Below, piece after piece: positions 9,571 through 19,879 of a stretch of 64,000 bases of DNA. This DNA comes from an uncultured Methylomirabilota bacterium (GTDB lineage Bacteria; Methylomirabilota; Methylomirabilia; Methylomirabilales; 2-02-FULL-66-22). The stretch lies in the NCBI GenBank assembly GCA_963845565.1, contig CAWJSJ010000002.1:640001-704000 (forward strand). The letters are read 5' to 3'. How positions within the stretch are numbered: position 1 is the first letter of the stretch; each line of letters starts with the position of its first letter. The notes below the pieces were generated by a model, which ran no database searches, had not been told where the DNA came from, and saw only the letters and a program-made list of their open reading frames with translations. The translations under genes and the position numbers were made by a program.

Positions 9571-9918
9571 ATGGGCGTACTGGGCGGACGGATAGGCGTG
9601 CTGACGACGGCCATGTTCTTCTTGGCGGCAGGTTCGGCCTGGGCGGCGGAGGGCGCGGCGCAGGCCGGCGGCGGACTGTCGGTCGGAGCGGTCAGCATCA
9701 TCACGGGCGGATTCGCCATGGCAATCGCCTCGGCCGTCGCGGCGCTGGCGCAAGGCCGGGCCATCAGCGCGGCGCTGGACGGCATCGCGCGGCAGCCGAA
9801 TGCGGCCCCTCGCATTCAGGTCGCCATGATCATCGGTCTGGCATTGATCGAATCGCTGGCCATCTACGTGCTTCTCATCGCGCTGATCATCTTCTTCGTG
9901 AAGCCGTTCGGCGGCTAG
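9571..9918 (+). CDS. atpE: F0 ATP synthase subunit c with N-terminal extension
   Basis: GIARQPNA loop and LALIESLAIY ion-binding helix; GGAGG RBS. Confidence 0.95.
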   Translation: MGVLGGRIGVLTTAMFFLAAGSAWAAEGAAQAGGGLSVGAVSIITGGFAMAIASAVAALAQGRAISAALDGIARQPNAAPRIQVAMIIGLALIESLAIYVLLIALIIFFVKPFGG

Positions 9919-9924
9919 GCAACA

Positions 9925-9964
9925 CGGGGGATCCCGGGCGCGACTCCGGGATCCCCCGATTTTT
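9925..9964 (+). terminator. Intrinsic terminator after atpE
   Basis: 13-bp perfect stem CGGGGGATCCCGG/CCGGGATCCCCCG followed by ATTTTT. Confidence 0.8.
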
Positions 9965-9972
9965 GTCGGGGA

Positions 9973-9990
9973 ATGTGCCAAGGTTCACAT
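9973..9990. promoter_or_regulatory. Putative Rex operator upstream of nuoA
   Basis: ATGTGCC-AAGG-TTCACAT resembles the Rex consensus TTGTGAA-N4-TTCACAA; rex closes the same operon. Confidence 0.55.
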
Positions 9991-10037
9991 GCCGTGACAC
10001 ACCTCCCGAATAGATCGACTCCTCGGGACTCCACGCC

Positions 10038-10394
10038 ATGCTGATGGACTACGTACCGATCGGCATCCTCGTCCTCCTGGCGTCACTCTTCGCCGCCGGG
10101 AACATCCTCCTGTCGTTCGTCCTCGGCCCACGGCGGCCCAACCCGGAGAAGCTTTCGCCCTACGAGTGCGGCATCGTGCCGGTGGGAACCGCACGGCAGC
10201 GATTCTCGGTGAAGTTCTATCTGGTCGCGATGCTGTTCATCATCTTCGACATGGAGATCGTCTTTCTCTATCCCTGGGCGGTCGTGTTCCACGAACTCAA
10301 GGTATTCGGCCTGATGGCGATGGGGACGTTCCTGGTGATCCTGCTGGTCGGCTATTTCTACGCCTGGAAGAAGGGCGGGCTGGAATGGGAGTGA
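10038..10394 (+). CDS. nuoA: NADH-quinone oxidoreductase subunit A
   Basis: [37 protein letters not shown]. Confidence 0.95.
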   Translation: MLMDYVPIGILVLLASLFAAGNILLSFVLGPRRPNPEKLSPYECGIVPVGTARQRFSVKFYLVAMLFIIFDMEIVFLYPWAVVFHELKVFGLMAMGTFLVILLVGYFYAWKKGGLEWE

Positions 10395-10927
10395 CGGGCG
10401 AGGGGCCGGAGGACCGAGAGTCGAAAGCCGAGCCGGCCGGCGAGGGGTTGGTCCTCCAGCGCCTGCGCGAACAGTTCGGCGACGCGCTGCGGGACGTGCG
10501 GGTCTCGCGTCACGAGATCACCATCCTCCTCGGGGTGCAGGACCTCGTCCGCGTATGCCGCTACCTCAAAGACGACGCCGACCTGGCCTTCGATTTCCTG
10601 TCCTCGGTGACCGGCGTGGACCGGCTCCGCCTTCCCGAGAATTCGCCGCGCTTCGAGGTGGTCTATCACCTCTACTCGATCCAGTTCAAGCGGCGCGTGC
10701 GGCTGAAGGTCCGGGTCCACGAGGGAGAGGCCGTGCCCAGCGTGATCGGGGTCTGGGAGAGCGCCAACTGGCACGAGCGCGAAATCTTCGATCTCTTCGG
10801 CGTGCTGTTCGAGGGCCACCCGGATCTCCGGCGCATCCTGATGCCCGACGACTGGGAGGGGCATCCCCTGCGGAAAGACTATCCCGTGGAGGCCTCCCCC
10901 AAGTGGTGGGAAGAGGAGCCGGCATGA
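10391..10927 (+). CDS. nuoC: NADH-quinone oxidoreductase subunit C
   Basis: [45 protein letters not shown] overlap with the nuoA stop. Confidence 0.93.
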   Translation: MTGEGPEDRESKAEPAGEGLVLQRLREQFGDALRDVRVSRHEITILLGVQDLVRVCRYLKDDADLAFDFLSSVTGVDRLRLPENSPRFEVVYHLYSIQFKRRVRLKVRVHEGEAVPSVIGVWESANWHEREIFDLFGVLFEGHPDLRRILMPDDWEGHPLRKDYPVEASPKWWEEEPA

Positions 10928-12096
10928 CCGTGGCCCGCACCATGACCCTGAACATGGGTCCACAGCACCCCTCGACGCACGGGGTGCTGCGCCTCGTCCT
11001 GGAACTGGACGGCGAGGTGGTGGTGCGGTGCGAACCGCACATCGGCTACCTCCACACCGGGATCGAGAAGGGACTGGAGAGCAAGCGCTACCAACAGGGG
11101 ATTCCCCTCACCGATCGCCTGGACTACCTGGCGCCCCTCTCCAACAACCTGGCCTACGTCCTGGCGATCGAGAAGGCGCTCGGGATCGAGCCGCCGGAGC
11201 GGGCCCAGACCATCCGCGTCCTCTTGACGGAACTCACCCGGATCAAGAGCCACCTGGTCTGGCTGGGGACCCACGCCATGGACGTCGGCGCCATGTCGGT
11301 GTTCCTCTATTGTTTCCGCGAGCGGGAGCAGATCCTGGATATGTACGAGGCGGTGAGCGGTCAGCGGCTGATGTCCAGCTACTTCCGGGTCGGGGGACTG
11401 CTGGCAGACCTGCCGCCCGGTTTCGAAGCGAAGGTCCAGGCGTTCCTGACGACGTTCCCGTCCCGGGTGGCGGAGTACGAGGCGCTCCTGACCCAGAACC
11501 CCCTGTGGCGGCAACGCACCGTGGGGATCGGCACCATCCGGGCGGCGGACGCCGTCGCGCTGGGCGTGAGCGGCCCGGCACTCCGTGCGTGTGGCGTGGC
11601 CTACGACGTGCGCAAGGCGCACCCATACTGCGGCTACGAGCGATATCAATTCGACGTCCCGATCGGGAAGGTCGGCGACGTCTACGAGCGGTACATCATC
11701 CGGGTTGCGGAGATGCGACAGAGCCATCGGATTGCCATCCAGGCCCTGCAGCGTCTCGCGCCGGGCCCCATCAACGTGGCAGACCCGAAACTGATCCCGC
11801 CCCCGAAGCGACTCCTCAAGACGTCCATGGAGGCGCTGATCCACCACTTCAAGCTCTACTCGGAGGGCTTCACGGTGCCCGCGGGGGAGGTGTACCAAAC
11901 CATCGAATCCCCCAAGGGAGAGTTGGGGGTGTATCTGGTGAGCGACGGGTCCAATCGCCCGTACCGGGTCCACTACCGGGCGCCGTCTTTCGTGAACCTC
12001 CAGGCGCTCCCTCGGATGGTAGAGGGGCGGCTGGTGGCTGACGTCATCGCCGTCATTGGCTCGCTGGATATCGTGCTGGGGGAAATCGACCGGTGA
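10924..12096 (+). CDS. nuoD: NADH-quinone oxidoreductase subunit D
   Basis: [25 protein letters not shown]-terminal DIVLGEIDR. Confidence 0.96.
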   Translation: MTVARTMTLNMGPQHPSTHGVLRLVLELDGEVVVRCEPHIGYLHTGIEKGLESKRYQQGIPLTDRLDYLAPLSNNLAYVLAIEKALGIEPPERAQTIRVLLTELTRIKSHLVWLGTHAMDVGAMSVFLYCFREREQILDMYEAVSGQRLMSSYFRVGGLLADLPPGFEAKVQAFLTTFPSRVAEYEALLTQNPLWRQRTVGIGTIRAADAVALGVSGPALRACGVAYDVRKAHPYCGYERYQFDVPIGKVGDVYERYIIRVAEMRQSHRIAIQALQRLAPGPINVADPKLIPPPKRLLKTSMEALIHHFKLYSEGFTVPAGEVYQTIESPKGELGVYLVSDGSNRPYRVHYRAPSFVNLQALPRMVEGRLVADVIAVIGSLDIVLGEIDR

Positions 12097-12106
12097 ACGG
12101 GCCGAG

Positions 12107-12208
12107 TGGCCACAAGAGGCACAAGATGCACAAGACGTGGTCAAGACCGCGAGTCATAGCTCTCCGTAAACTCTGTGCTGTCTGTGCCTCTTGTGCGTTT
12201 TGTGGCCA
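12107..12208. repeat. Inverted pair of 9-bp tandem-repeat arms (GCACAAGAN)
   Basis: TGGCCACAAGAGGCACAAGATGCACAAGA faces TCTGTGCCTCTTGTGCGTTTTGTGGCCA; a 24-nt piece of the right arm recurs exactly at 2889-2912. Confidence 0.75.
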
Positions 12209-12258
12209 AGGGGCTTTGACGGTTGTGGCGCATTGCGGTTAGGGAGTCTGGGCATCGG

Positions 12259-12729
12259 ATGATCTCCGAGACGAAACGGCAACAATTCGACGAATTGGTG
12301 GCGCGCTACCCCGAAAAACGGTCGGCGCTGATCCCGCTCCTCCACGAGGTCCAGGCCGAGGTGGGGTATCTGTCACCGGAGGCCGTGGCCTGGGTGGCCG
12401 AGTATCTCGGGCTCAGCCCCGCGGATGTCATGAGCGTGGCCAGTTTCTACGACATGCTGCACCTGGAGCCGGTGGGCACACACCTGATCTACGTCTGCCA
12501 GAATCTCACCTGCGCGCTGCGCGGGTCCGAGCGGTTGATCCGGCATCTGGAGACGACGCTCGGGATCCGGATGGGGGAGACGACGCCGGACGGGAAGATC
12601 ACGCTCAAGCGAATGGAGTGCCTGGCGTCCTGCGGCACGGCGCCCTCCATCCAGGTGGACGGGATCTATCACCACGAGGTCACGCCGGAGGCGCTGGACG
12701 CGCTGCTGGCCGACCTGCGGCGCGATTGA
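12259..12729 (+). CDS. nuoE: NADH-quinone oxidoreductase subunit E
   Basis: [2Fe-2S] ligands CQNLTC and CLASC; VASFYDM. Confidence 0.93.
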   Translation: MISETKRQQFDELVARYPEKRSALIPLLHEVQAEVGYLSPEAVAWVAEYLGLSPADVMSVASFYDMLHLEPVGTHLIYVCQNLTCALRGSERLIRHLETTLGIRMGETTPDGKITLKRMECLASCGTAPSIQVDGIYHHEVTPEALDALLADLRRD

Positions 12730-12733
12730 ACCG

Positions 12734-14023
12734 ATGAGCTTCGGGAAGGTCCTCACTCGCTACCAGGATATCCCGGGCTACGCCGGGACGATGGACGAGT
12801 ACCTTGCCCAGGGCGGATACCAGGCGCTCGCCAAGGTCCTCCGCGACGGGAGCATGCCGCCCGCGGACGTGATCGAAGCGGTGAAGCGGTCGGGGTTGCG
12901 CGGTCGGGGCGGGGCGGGATTCCCCTGCGGCACGAAGTGGAGCTTCATCCCCAAGGATACGACCAAGCCGAAGTACCTGGTCGTGAACGGGGACGAGAGC
13001 GAGCCCGGAACCTTCAAGGACCGGATGCTGATCGAGGAGGAGCCGCATCAGATCCTGGAGGGGGTGATCCTGGCGAGCTACGCCATCGGCTGCCACCTGG
13101 CGTTCCTGTATTGCCGGGGCGAATTCGTGCAGGGGGCGCGGGTCCTGCGCCGGGCGCTGGACGAGGCCTACGCGCGGGGCTACCTCGGCCGGAACATCCT
13201 GGGGAGCGGGTTCGATCTGGAGGTGGTCCTCCATCGCGGGGCGGGGGCGTACATCTGCGGGGAGGAGACGGGCTTGCTGGAGTCGCTGGAGGGGAAGCGG
13301 GGGCAACCACGGCCCAAGCCGCCCTTCCCGGCCCTCTCGGGGCTGTATCGCTGTCCGACGGTCGTCAACAACGTGGAGACCCTCTCGAACATTCCCCACA
13401 TCTTGCTGCGCGGGCCGGAATGGTACGCAAGCATCGGCCCGGCCAAGAGTACGGGGCCGCGCCTCTTCTCGGTGAGCGGCCATGTGGCGCGCCCCGGCAA
13501 TTACGAGCTGCCCATGAGCGTCACGCTCCGCCAGCTCATCTTCGAGCATGCCGGTGGGATTCCCAACGGGCGGCGACTCAAGGCGGTGATCCCGGGCGGG
13601 TCGTCCTCGCCCGTCCTGACGGAGCAGCACCTGGACGTGTCCATGGACTTCGACTCGCTGGCCGCCGTCGGCTCCATGGGCGGCAGCGGGGCCGTCATCG
13701 TGATGGACGACACCACCTGCATGGTCCGGGTGGGCGAGATCGTCTCCCGATTCTATCACCACGAGTCCTGCGGGCAGTGCACCCAGTGCCGCGAGGGGAC
13801 CGCCTGGCTGCACAAGGTACTGCACCGCATCGAGCACGGCCAGGGCCGGAAGGACGACCTGGATCTCCTGCTCGACATGTGCGACAACATGAAGGGCAAG
13901 ACGATCTGCGTCTTGAGCGACGCGGCGGCCATGCCCATCGAGAGCTATCTCAAACACTTCCGGGACGAGTTCGAGCGGCACGTGCGCGAGCGAGCCTGCC
14001 CTTTCGGAGGCACCGGAAGTTGA
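12734..14023 (+). CDS. nuoF: NADH-quinone oxidoreductase subunit F
   Basis: SGLRGRGGAGF; GDESEPGTFKDR; GAYICGEETGL; ESCGQCTQCREG. Confidence 0.97.
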   Translation: MSFGKVLTRYQDIPGYAGTMDEYLAQGGYQALAKVLRDGSMPPADVIEAVKRSGLRGRGGAGFPCGTKWSFIPKDTTKPKYLVVNGDESEPGTFKDRMLIEEEPHQILEGVILASYAIGCHLAFLYCRGEFVQGARVLRRALDEAYARGYLGRNILGSGFDLEVVLHRGAGAYICGEETGLLESLEGKRGQPRPKPPFPALSGLYRCPTVVNNVETLSNIPHILLRGPEWYASIGPAKSTGPRLFSVSGHVARPGNYELPMSVTLRQLIFEHAGGIPNGRRLKAVIPGGSSSPVLTEQHLDVSMDFDSLAAVGSMGGSGAVIVMDDTTCMVRVGEIVSRFYHHESCGQCTQCREGTAWLHKVLHRIEHGQGRKDDLDLLLDMCDNMKGKTICVLSDAAAMPIESYLKHFRDEFERHVRERACPFGGTGS

Positions 14024-14061
14024 CTGGTTGACCTATCGACGTCCGCGGAAGGAATAGCGGG

Positions 14062-15708
14062 ATGCCGACACTGAAGATCAACGGGGTGGAAATCACGACG
14101 GCCGGCCCCGCGACCATTCTGGAGGCCGCCAGGGGGGCGGGCATCGAGATCCCCCATTACTGCTACCACCCGGGGCTGAGCGTGGTGGGTCAGTGCCGCA
14201 TGTGTCAGGTCGAGGTGGAGAAGATGCCCAAGCTGGCCACCGCCTGCAACACGGCGGCAGCCGACGGGATGATCGTGACGACGAACTCACCCCGGGTCGA
14301 AAAGGCGCGCCGCGCCGTCTTGGAATTCTATCTCTTGAACCACCCACTGGACTGCCCGATCTGCGACCGGGGCGGCGAGTGCCCGCTGCAGAACTACACC
14401 ATGCAGTACGGCCCGGGCGAGAGCCGTTCGGTCGAGGAGAAGGTGCACCGGGCCAAGCACACGGTCCTGGGGCCGCACGTCATCTTCGACGCCGAGCGCT
14501 GCATCCTCTGTACGCGGTGCGTGCGCTTCTGCCACGAGATTCCCCGGACGGGGGAGCTGGGGGTCTTTTCCCGGGGGGACCGGTCCGAGATCAACGTGTT
14601 TCCTGGAAAGGCCTTGGATAACGCCTATTCCGGGAACGTGATCGATCTGTGCCCGGTGGGGGCGCTCACCAGCCGGGAATACCGCTTCCAGTCCCGGCCC
14701 TGGGACCTGGTGCGCCACACCGAGAGCGTCTGCCCCCTCTGCAGCGCCGGCTGCAACGTGATCCTGGACGTCCGGCATGGGCAGCGGGGCGAGGAGCTCC
14801 TGCGCATCCGGCCGCGCGAGAACCAGGCAGTCAACCGGTGGTGGATGTGCGACGAGGGGCGGTTCGGCTTCGAGTATCTCCGCGACCCGGCCCGACTGCG
14901 CGTCGCGCTGCGGCGGGAGGGGGATCGGCAGGTCGAGGCGACGTCGGACGACCTCGTGGCGTCCGTGGCCGCGGAGTTGCGCCGCATCCTCGCGACCTTC
15001 GGTGAGGGGGCCGTGGGGTGTGTCGTCTCTGCCCGCCACACCACCGAGGAGCTATTTCTGGTCCGGCGCTGCATCCGCGACATCCTGCGGACGCCCCACC
15101 TCGATCACCGGGTCCGCCCGGTGCAGCGGGAGGCGGCCGACGCGTCCGAGGACGGACTCCTCCGGCGCACGGACAAGAACGCCAACGGCCGAGGCGCCCG
15201 CGACCTTGAAATCCTCCCCGGACCGGAGGGGCTGGACACGCGGGGCATGCTCATGGCGGCGCTGGAGGGGCGGCTCAAGGCGCTGATCGTCTTGGAGGAA
15301 GATCTGGTGCAGGAGCTTCCCGACCTGCCGGTGCGCGAGGCCCTCGGGAAACTGGAGCTCCTCGTCGTGACGAGCCTGGCCGCCAACGAGACGACCGCGC
15401 TGGCGCACGCGGTGTTCCCGGCGCTCGGATTTGCCGAGAAGGCGGGGAGCTTCACCAATCATCAGGGGCGCATCCAGAAGCTCCATCGGGGGCTCACCCC
15501 GCCGGGCGCATGCCGCGATCTGGCCGAGATCCTGCGGGCGGTGGCCAAGCATCTCGACTGGGACCTGGGGGAGATCGAGCCGGAACGGGTCTGGGCCGCC
15601 ATCGGGGAGATGCCCGGTCCCTACCACGGCATCGGCTGGCGCGAGTGGAGGGCGATCGGCCCGGAGGGGCTGCTTGCGCAGAGCCAAGAACGGAGAGCCG
15701 AGAGTTGA
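14062..15708 (+). CDS. nuoG: NADH-quinone oxidoreductase subunit G (548-aa short form)
   Basis: CYHPGL..GQCRMC; HPLDCPICDRGGEC; CILCTRC; CPLCSAGC...C motif for the N7 cluster. Confidence 0.92.
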   Translation: MPTLKINGVEITTAGPATILEAARGAGIEIPHYCYHPGLSVVGQCRMCQVEVEKMPKLATACNTAAADGMIVTTNSPRVEKARRAVLEFYLLNHPLDCPICDRGGECPLQNYTMQYGPGESRSVEEKVHRAKHTVLGPHVIFDAERCILCTRCVRFCHEIPRTGELGVFSRGDRSEINVFPGKALDNAYSGNVIDLCPVGALTSREYRFQSRPWDLVRHTESVCPLCSAGCNVILDVRHGQRGEELLRIRPRENQAVNRWWMCDEGRFGFEYLRDPARLRVALRREGDRQVEATSDDLVASVAAELRRILATFGEGAVGCVVSARHTTEELFLVRRCIRDILRTPHLDHRVRPVQREAADASEDGLLRRTDKNANGRGARDLEILPGPEGLDTRGMLMAALEGRLKALIVLEEDLVQELPDLPVREALGKLELLVVTSLAANETTALAHAVFPALGFAEKAGSFTNHQGRIQKLHRGLTPPGACRDLAEILRAVAKHLDWDLGEIEPERVWAAIGEMPGPYHGIGWREWRAIGPEGLLAQSQERRAES

Positions 15709-15732
15709 GAGCCGAGAGCCGAGAACTGAGAG
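15692..15732 (+). repeat. 7-bp tandem repeat (GAGAGCC-like) overlapping the nuoG stop
   Basis: GAGAGCC GAGAGTT GAGAGCC GAGAGCC GAGAACT GAGAG. Confidence 0.7.
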
Positions 15733-15815
15733 GGCTCACACCGAGGCGCCACGGGGCACACTTGCGAGGGGCGGCCAGGGTGCCGACCGCCGATGGCTGA
15801 CTGCTGAAGGCGAAC

Positions 15816-16838
15816 ATGCTTGAAACGCTCATCATCATGGTGGTCAAGATCGGGGTGGTGTTCAGCGTCCTCCTCCTGGTCGCGGCCTACATGACCTGGA
15901 TCGAGCGGAAGGTGATCGCCGACATGCAGGTGCGCTGGGGGCCGACCCGGGTGGGTCCGTTCGGACTGCTGCAGCCGATCGCGGACGGGATCAAGCTCTT
16001 CTTCAAGGAGGACCTCATCCCGGGCCACGTGGACCGGGCCCTGTTCCTCTTGGCGCCGGCGCTGTCCGTGGTGCCGGCCATGATCGCCTTCGCGGTCATC
16101 CCGTTCGGCGGCACCACGACCCTGTTCGGCCTGCTGCCCAGGCCGGTGACGCTGCAGATCACGGACATCGACGTGGGGGTCCTGTACGTGTTCGGGATCA
16201 CCTCGCTCGGCGTCTACGGCATCGTCCTGGCCGGCTGGGCCTCCAACAACAAGTACTCGCTCCTGGGCGGTCTGCGCGCGTCGGCGCAGATGATCAGCTA
16301 CGAACTGTCCATGGGGCTGTCGGTCGTGGGCGTCCTGATCCTGGCGGGCTCGCTGCGGCTGTCGGAGATCGTGCACGCCCAGGCCGGGGTCTCCTGGTGG
16401 CTGGGCATCATCCCATTCCCCAAGTGGTTCGTCTTGGCCCAACCATTCGGCTTCTTGATCTTCTTCATCTGCGCCCTGGCAGAGACAAACCGGGCGCCCT
16501 TCGACCTGCCGGAGGCGGAAACGGAGCTGGTGGCAGGATTTCACAGCGAGTACAGCTCCATGAAGTTCGCGATGTTCTTCATGGCAGAGTATGCCAACAT
16601 GGCGACGGCCGCGGCCATGGCGACGACCCTGTTTCTGGGGGGGCCGCTGGGTCCGTTCGGCCCCTCGCCCGTCTGGTTCGTCGGGAAGGTGTTCCTGCTG
16701 CTCTTCGTGTTTATCTGGTTCCGAGCTTCGCTGCCTCGGTTCCGATACGACCAGCTCATGACCTTTGGCTGGAAGCGACTGCTTCCCCTGGCTCTGGCCA
16801 ACGCGGCGGCCACGGCGATTCTGGCGGCGGTGCTGTAA
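15816..16838 (+). CDS. nuoH: NADH-quinone oxidoreductase subunit H
   Basis: ERKVIADMQVRWGPTRVGPFGLLQPIADGIK; ETNRAPFDLPEAETELVAG. Confidence 0.97.
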   Translation: MLETLIIMVVKIGVVFSVLLLVAAYMTWIERKVIADMQVRWGPTRVGPFGLLQPIADGIKLFFKEDLIPGHVDRALFLLAPALSVVPAMIAFAVIPFGGTTTLFGLLPRPVTLQITDIDVGVLYVFGITSLGVYGIVLAGWASNNKYSLLGGLRASAQMISYELSMGLSVVGVLILAGSLRLSEIVHAQAGVSWWLGIIPFPKWFVLAQPFGFLIFFICALAETNRAPFDLPEAETELVAGFHSEYSSMKFAMFFMAEYANMATAAAMATTLFLGGPLGPFGPSPVWFVGKVFLLLFVFIWFRASLPRFRYDQLMTFGWKRLLPLALANAAATAILAAVL

Positions 16839-16839
16839 G

Positions 16840-17358
16840 ATGGAACTCCTGGGACTCGAACGGTTCCTGTTCGCGGCGCTGGCGCTGGTGGCGTCGGTGT
16901 CGGGCCTCTTGGTCATCGTGCAGCGGCACGCGGTGTACAGCGCCATGTACCTCATCATCACCATGGGGTCGTTGGCCGGCCTCTACGTGCTCTTGGGGGC
17001 CCACTTCGTCTGGGCGGTCCAGGTCCTGGTGTATGCCGGGGCCATCATGGTGCTTTTTCTGTTCGTGATCATGTTGTTGAATCTGCCGCGCGAGGACGTG
17101 CCGTGGGCCAAGCACGATTTCCGCCGGATCCTGCTGGCGGCGGCGCTCGGCGTCATCCTGCTGATCGAGCTGGTTCTGGTGGTGGGACTCCGCGCCGCGC
17201 CGGTCCGGGGGGCGGCGCTCCCGCCGGATTTCGGCACGACGGCGACGATCGGACGACTACTTTTTACGACATTCCTGTTCCCGTTCGAGATCACCTCCGT
17301 GATCCTGTTGGTCGCCATCGTTGGCGCCATGGTACTGGCGAAGAAGCACTTCAGCTAG
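16840..17358 (+). CDS. nuoJ: NADH-quinone oxidoreductase subunit J
   Basis: QVLVYAGAIMVLFLFVIMLL; FPFEITSVILLVAIVGA. Confidence 0.95.
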   Translation: MELLGLERFLFAALALVASVSGLLVIVQRHAVYSAMYLIITMGSLAGLYVLLGAHFVWAVQVLVYAGAIMVLFLFVIMLLNLPREDVPWAKHDFRRILLAAALGVILLIELVLVVGLRAAPVRGAALPPDFGTTATIGRLLFTTFLFPFEITSVILLVAIVGAMVLAKKHFS

Positions 17359-17374
17359 AGCAGCCGATGCAATG

Positions 17375-17472
17375 AAAAACCGAGAACCGAAATTGAGAAA
17401 CCGAACAGCGAGCCAGGGAAACCGTCCCGGCTCCCACCATTGTCCGGTTGTCAGTTATCGGCTGTCCGTTTT
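17375..17472. repeat. Degenerate inverted 7-bp tandem-repeat arms between nuoJ and nuoK
   Basis: AAAACCGAGAACCGAAATTGAGAAACCGAAC faces TTGTCCGGTTGTCAGTTATCGGCTGTCCGTTTT; same unit as 3916-3992. Confidence 0.55.
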
Positions 17473-17499
17473 GTATTGATGCGAGGTGTCCGATGCAGC

Positions 17500-17799
17500 G
17501 TGCCGTTGTCCGCCTATCTGATCCTGAGTGCATATCTGTTCACCCTGGGGGTGATCGGCGTTGCCACGCGGCGGAACGCGCTGATCATCTTCATGTCCAT
17601 CGAGCTGATGCTGAACGCGGTGAACCTGACCTTCGTGGCGTTCTCGCGATCCCTGCAGTCCATGGACGGGCAGATATTCGTCTTCTTCGTGATGGCGGTC
17701 GCGACGGCCGAGGTCGCGGTGGGGCTGGCGATCATCCTGGCCATTCACCGGAACCGGGAAACCGTGGACGTGGCGGAGCTGAACCTCTTGAAGTGGTGA
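17500..17799 (+). CDS. nuoK: NADH-quinone oxidoreductase subunit K
   Basis: [32 protein letters not shown] start inferred. Confidence 0.95.
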   Translation: MPLSAYLILSAYLFTLGVIGVATRRNALIIFMSIELMLNAVNLTFVAFSRSLQSMDGQIFVFFVMAVATAEVAVGLAIILAIHRNRETVDVAELNLLKW

Positions 17800-17896
17800 C
17801 GGGGGATCCATAGAGATCGGGACAGAGATAGGATCGGGACAGCGACAGGGACCGGAGCCGGAGATCGCTGTCGGATTCCGCTGTCGAGGGGCATCG

Positions 17897-19804
17897 ATGT
17901 TGGATTTGTGGCTGATTCCTCTCTGGCCGTTACTGGGCTTTCTCGTCAATGGCTTCCTCGGCCGCCGACTGGGGAAGCCCGTTGTGGCGAAGATCGCCTG
18001 CGGCAGCGTGGGGCTGTCGCTGCTCGCCTCGATCCGGGCCGTGTGGGATCTGCTGGACCTTCCGCCGGGGGCGCGACGGATCGAGCAGGTGGTGGCGCCC
18101 TGGATCGGCGTGGGAAGCTTCCAGGCCGACTGGGGACTCCTCCTCGATCCGCTATCGGCCGTCATGATCCTGGTGGTGTCCGGCGTGGGCCTCCTGATCC
18201 ACGTGTACGCCGTGGGGTACATGCACGACGACCGGGACTTCTCCCGCTTCTTCACCTACCTGAACCTGTTCACCTTCTCGATGTTGATGCTGGTCCTGGC
18301 CAACAACTATCTGCTCCTGTACGTGTTCTGGGAAGCGGTGGGGCTGTGCTCGTATCTGCTCATCGGCTTCTGGTTCGAGCGACCGTCGGCGGCCGAGGCG
18401 GGGAAGAAGGCGTTCATCGTCAATCGGGTGGGGGACTTCGGCTTCGGTTTGGGCGTGATGCTCCTCTGGACCACACTGGGGACGGTCCAGTACGCCTCTG
18501 TGTTCGCGGCGGCGCCCGGACAGCTGGCGGCTGGCGGGGGGTTGGTCACGGCGATCACGTTGTTGCTGTTCCTGGGGGCCACGGGCAAGTCCGCCCAGCT
18601 TCCCCTCTACGTCTGGCTGCCGGACGCCATGGAGGGGCCCACGCCGGTCTCCGCCTTGATCCACGCCGCCACCATGGTGACGGCGGGCGTGTACATGGTG
18701 GCGCGCTCGGCCCCGCTCTTCAATCTGGCCCCGCTGTCGATGTCGGTGGTGGCCTGGGTCGGCGGCCTCACGGCCGTCTTCGCCGCCAGCATCGCCCTGG
18801 TCCAGACCGACATCAAGCGGGTGGTCGCCTACTCCACCATCTCGCAGCTCGGCTACATGTTCCTGGGGTGCGGGGTGGGGGCCTATGCCAGCGCGGTCTT
18901 CCACCTGGCCACCCACGCCTTCTTCAAGGCCTTGCTCTTCCTGGGCGCGGGGTCGGTGATCCACGCCCTGGGCGGCGAGCAGGACATCCGGAAGATGGGC
19001 CGGCTCAAGGGGAAGCTCCCCATCACCAGCCGGACGTTCTACTGGGCCTCCCTCGCCAACGCGGGGATCATCCCGCTGGCTGGCTTCTGGTCAAAGGATG
19101 AAATCTTGGCGGCGACCTTCGCAAGTCACCACTATCTGTTGTGGCTGCTCGGCTCCGCCGGCGCCTTCATGACGGCGTTTTACATGTTCCGTCTCTACTA
19201 CACCGTGTTCGAGGGAAAAGACAACGTGGACCACCAGGTGGCCCACCACGTCCACGAGTCCCCGCCGGCGATGGCCTACCCCCTCCTGATCCTCGGGGTC
19301 GGGAGCTGGGTCGTCGGGGCCCTCTTCGGATTTCCCCCGGACCACGGGCTATACCACCGATTCGTCGAGCCCGTCTTTGCCGCCGCCGGAGGCGGGGCGC
19401 ACGCCATCAGCGTGGCGACCATCGTTGGCCTTGCGGCCGTCGCAACCGCCATTGCCGCACTGGGAATCTGGGGGTTGGCGCGTTCCTGGTACAAGTGGGG
19501 GGACAGCCCGGCGCCCGATCGACTGGCCGCGCGCTATCCGACGGCGTACCGGGTGCTTCTCCACAAGTACTACGTGGACGAACTGTACGACGCGCTCTTC
19601 GTGGAGCCGATCCGACGCTCGGCCGTCTGGTTGTGGCGGCGCTTCGACGAGCCGGTGGTGGATGGGTCGGTCAACGGCGTCGGGAGCTTTGTCCGGGCGG
19701 GGAGTGGCGTCCTTCGGCGCCTGCAGACCGGGTATGTGATGAGCTACGTGCTGAGTTTCGTCGTCGGCGTGGTGGCCATCCTGGGGTACCTGGTGTGGCG
19801 GTAA
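17897..19804 (+). CDS. nuoL: NADH-quinone oxidoreductase subunit L
   Basis: GKSAQLPLYVWLPDAMEGPTPVSALIHAATMV; HAFFKALLFL. Confidence 0.97.
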   Translation: MLDLWLIPLWPLLGFLVNGFLGRRLGKPVVAKIACGSVGLSLLASIRAVWDLLDLPPGARRIEQVVAPWIGVGSFQADWGLLLDPLSAVMILVVSGVGLLIHVYAVGYMHDDRDFSRFFTYLNLFTFSMLMLVLANNYLLLYVFWEAVGLCSYLLIGFWFERPSAAEAGKKAFIVNRVGDFGFGLGVMLLWTTLGTVQYASVFAAAPGQLAAGGGLVTAITLLLFLGATGKSAQLPLYVWLPDAMEGPTPVSALIHAATMVTAGVYMVARSAPLFNLAPLSMSVVAWVGGLTAVFAASIALVQTDIKRVVAYSTISQLGYMFLGCGVGAYASAVFHLATHAFFKALLFLGAGSVIHALGGEQDIRKMGRLKGKLPITSRTFYWASLANAGIIPLAGFWSKDEILAATFASHHYLLWLLGSAGAFMTAFYMFRLYYTVFEGKDNVDHQVAHHVHESPPAMAYPLLILGVGSWVVGALFGFPPDHGLYHRFVEPVFAAAGGGAHAISVATIVGLAAVATAIAALGIWGLARSWYKWGDSPAPDRLAARYPTAYRVLLHKYYVDELYDALFVEPIRRSAVWLWRRFDEPVVDGSVNGVGSFVRAGSGVLRRLQTGYVMSYVLSFVVGVVAILGYLVWR

Positions 19805-19879
19805 GGCGGATGCGAAAGGGGAGCGCGGAGTGCAGAATGCGCCGCGGGGACCACGAATGATTGAGGCGGGTGTGGCAAG

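Noticed and set aside
9571..9918. Na+-coupled ATP synthase suggested by Q...ES..Y in subunit c
   Set aside because: The motif is ESLAIY, lacking the Thr of the ES/T Na+ signature; H+-coupled c subunits such as cyanobacterial ones have a similar pattern, so it is not diagnostic.
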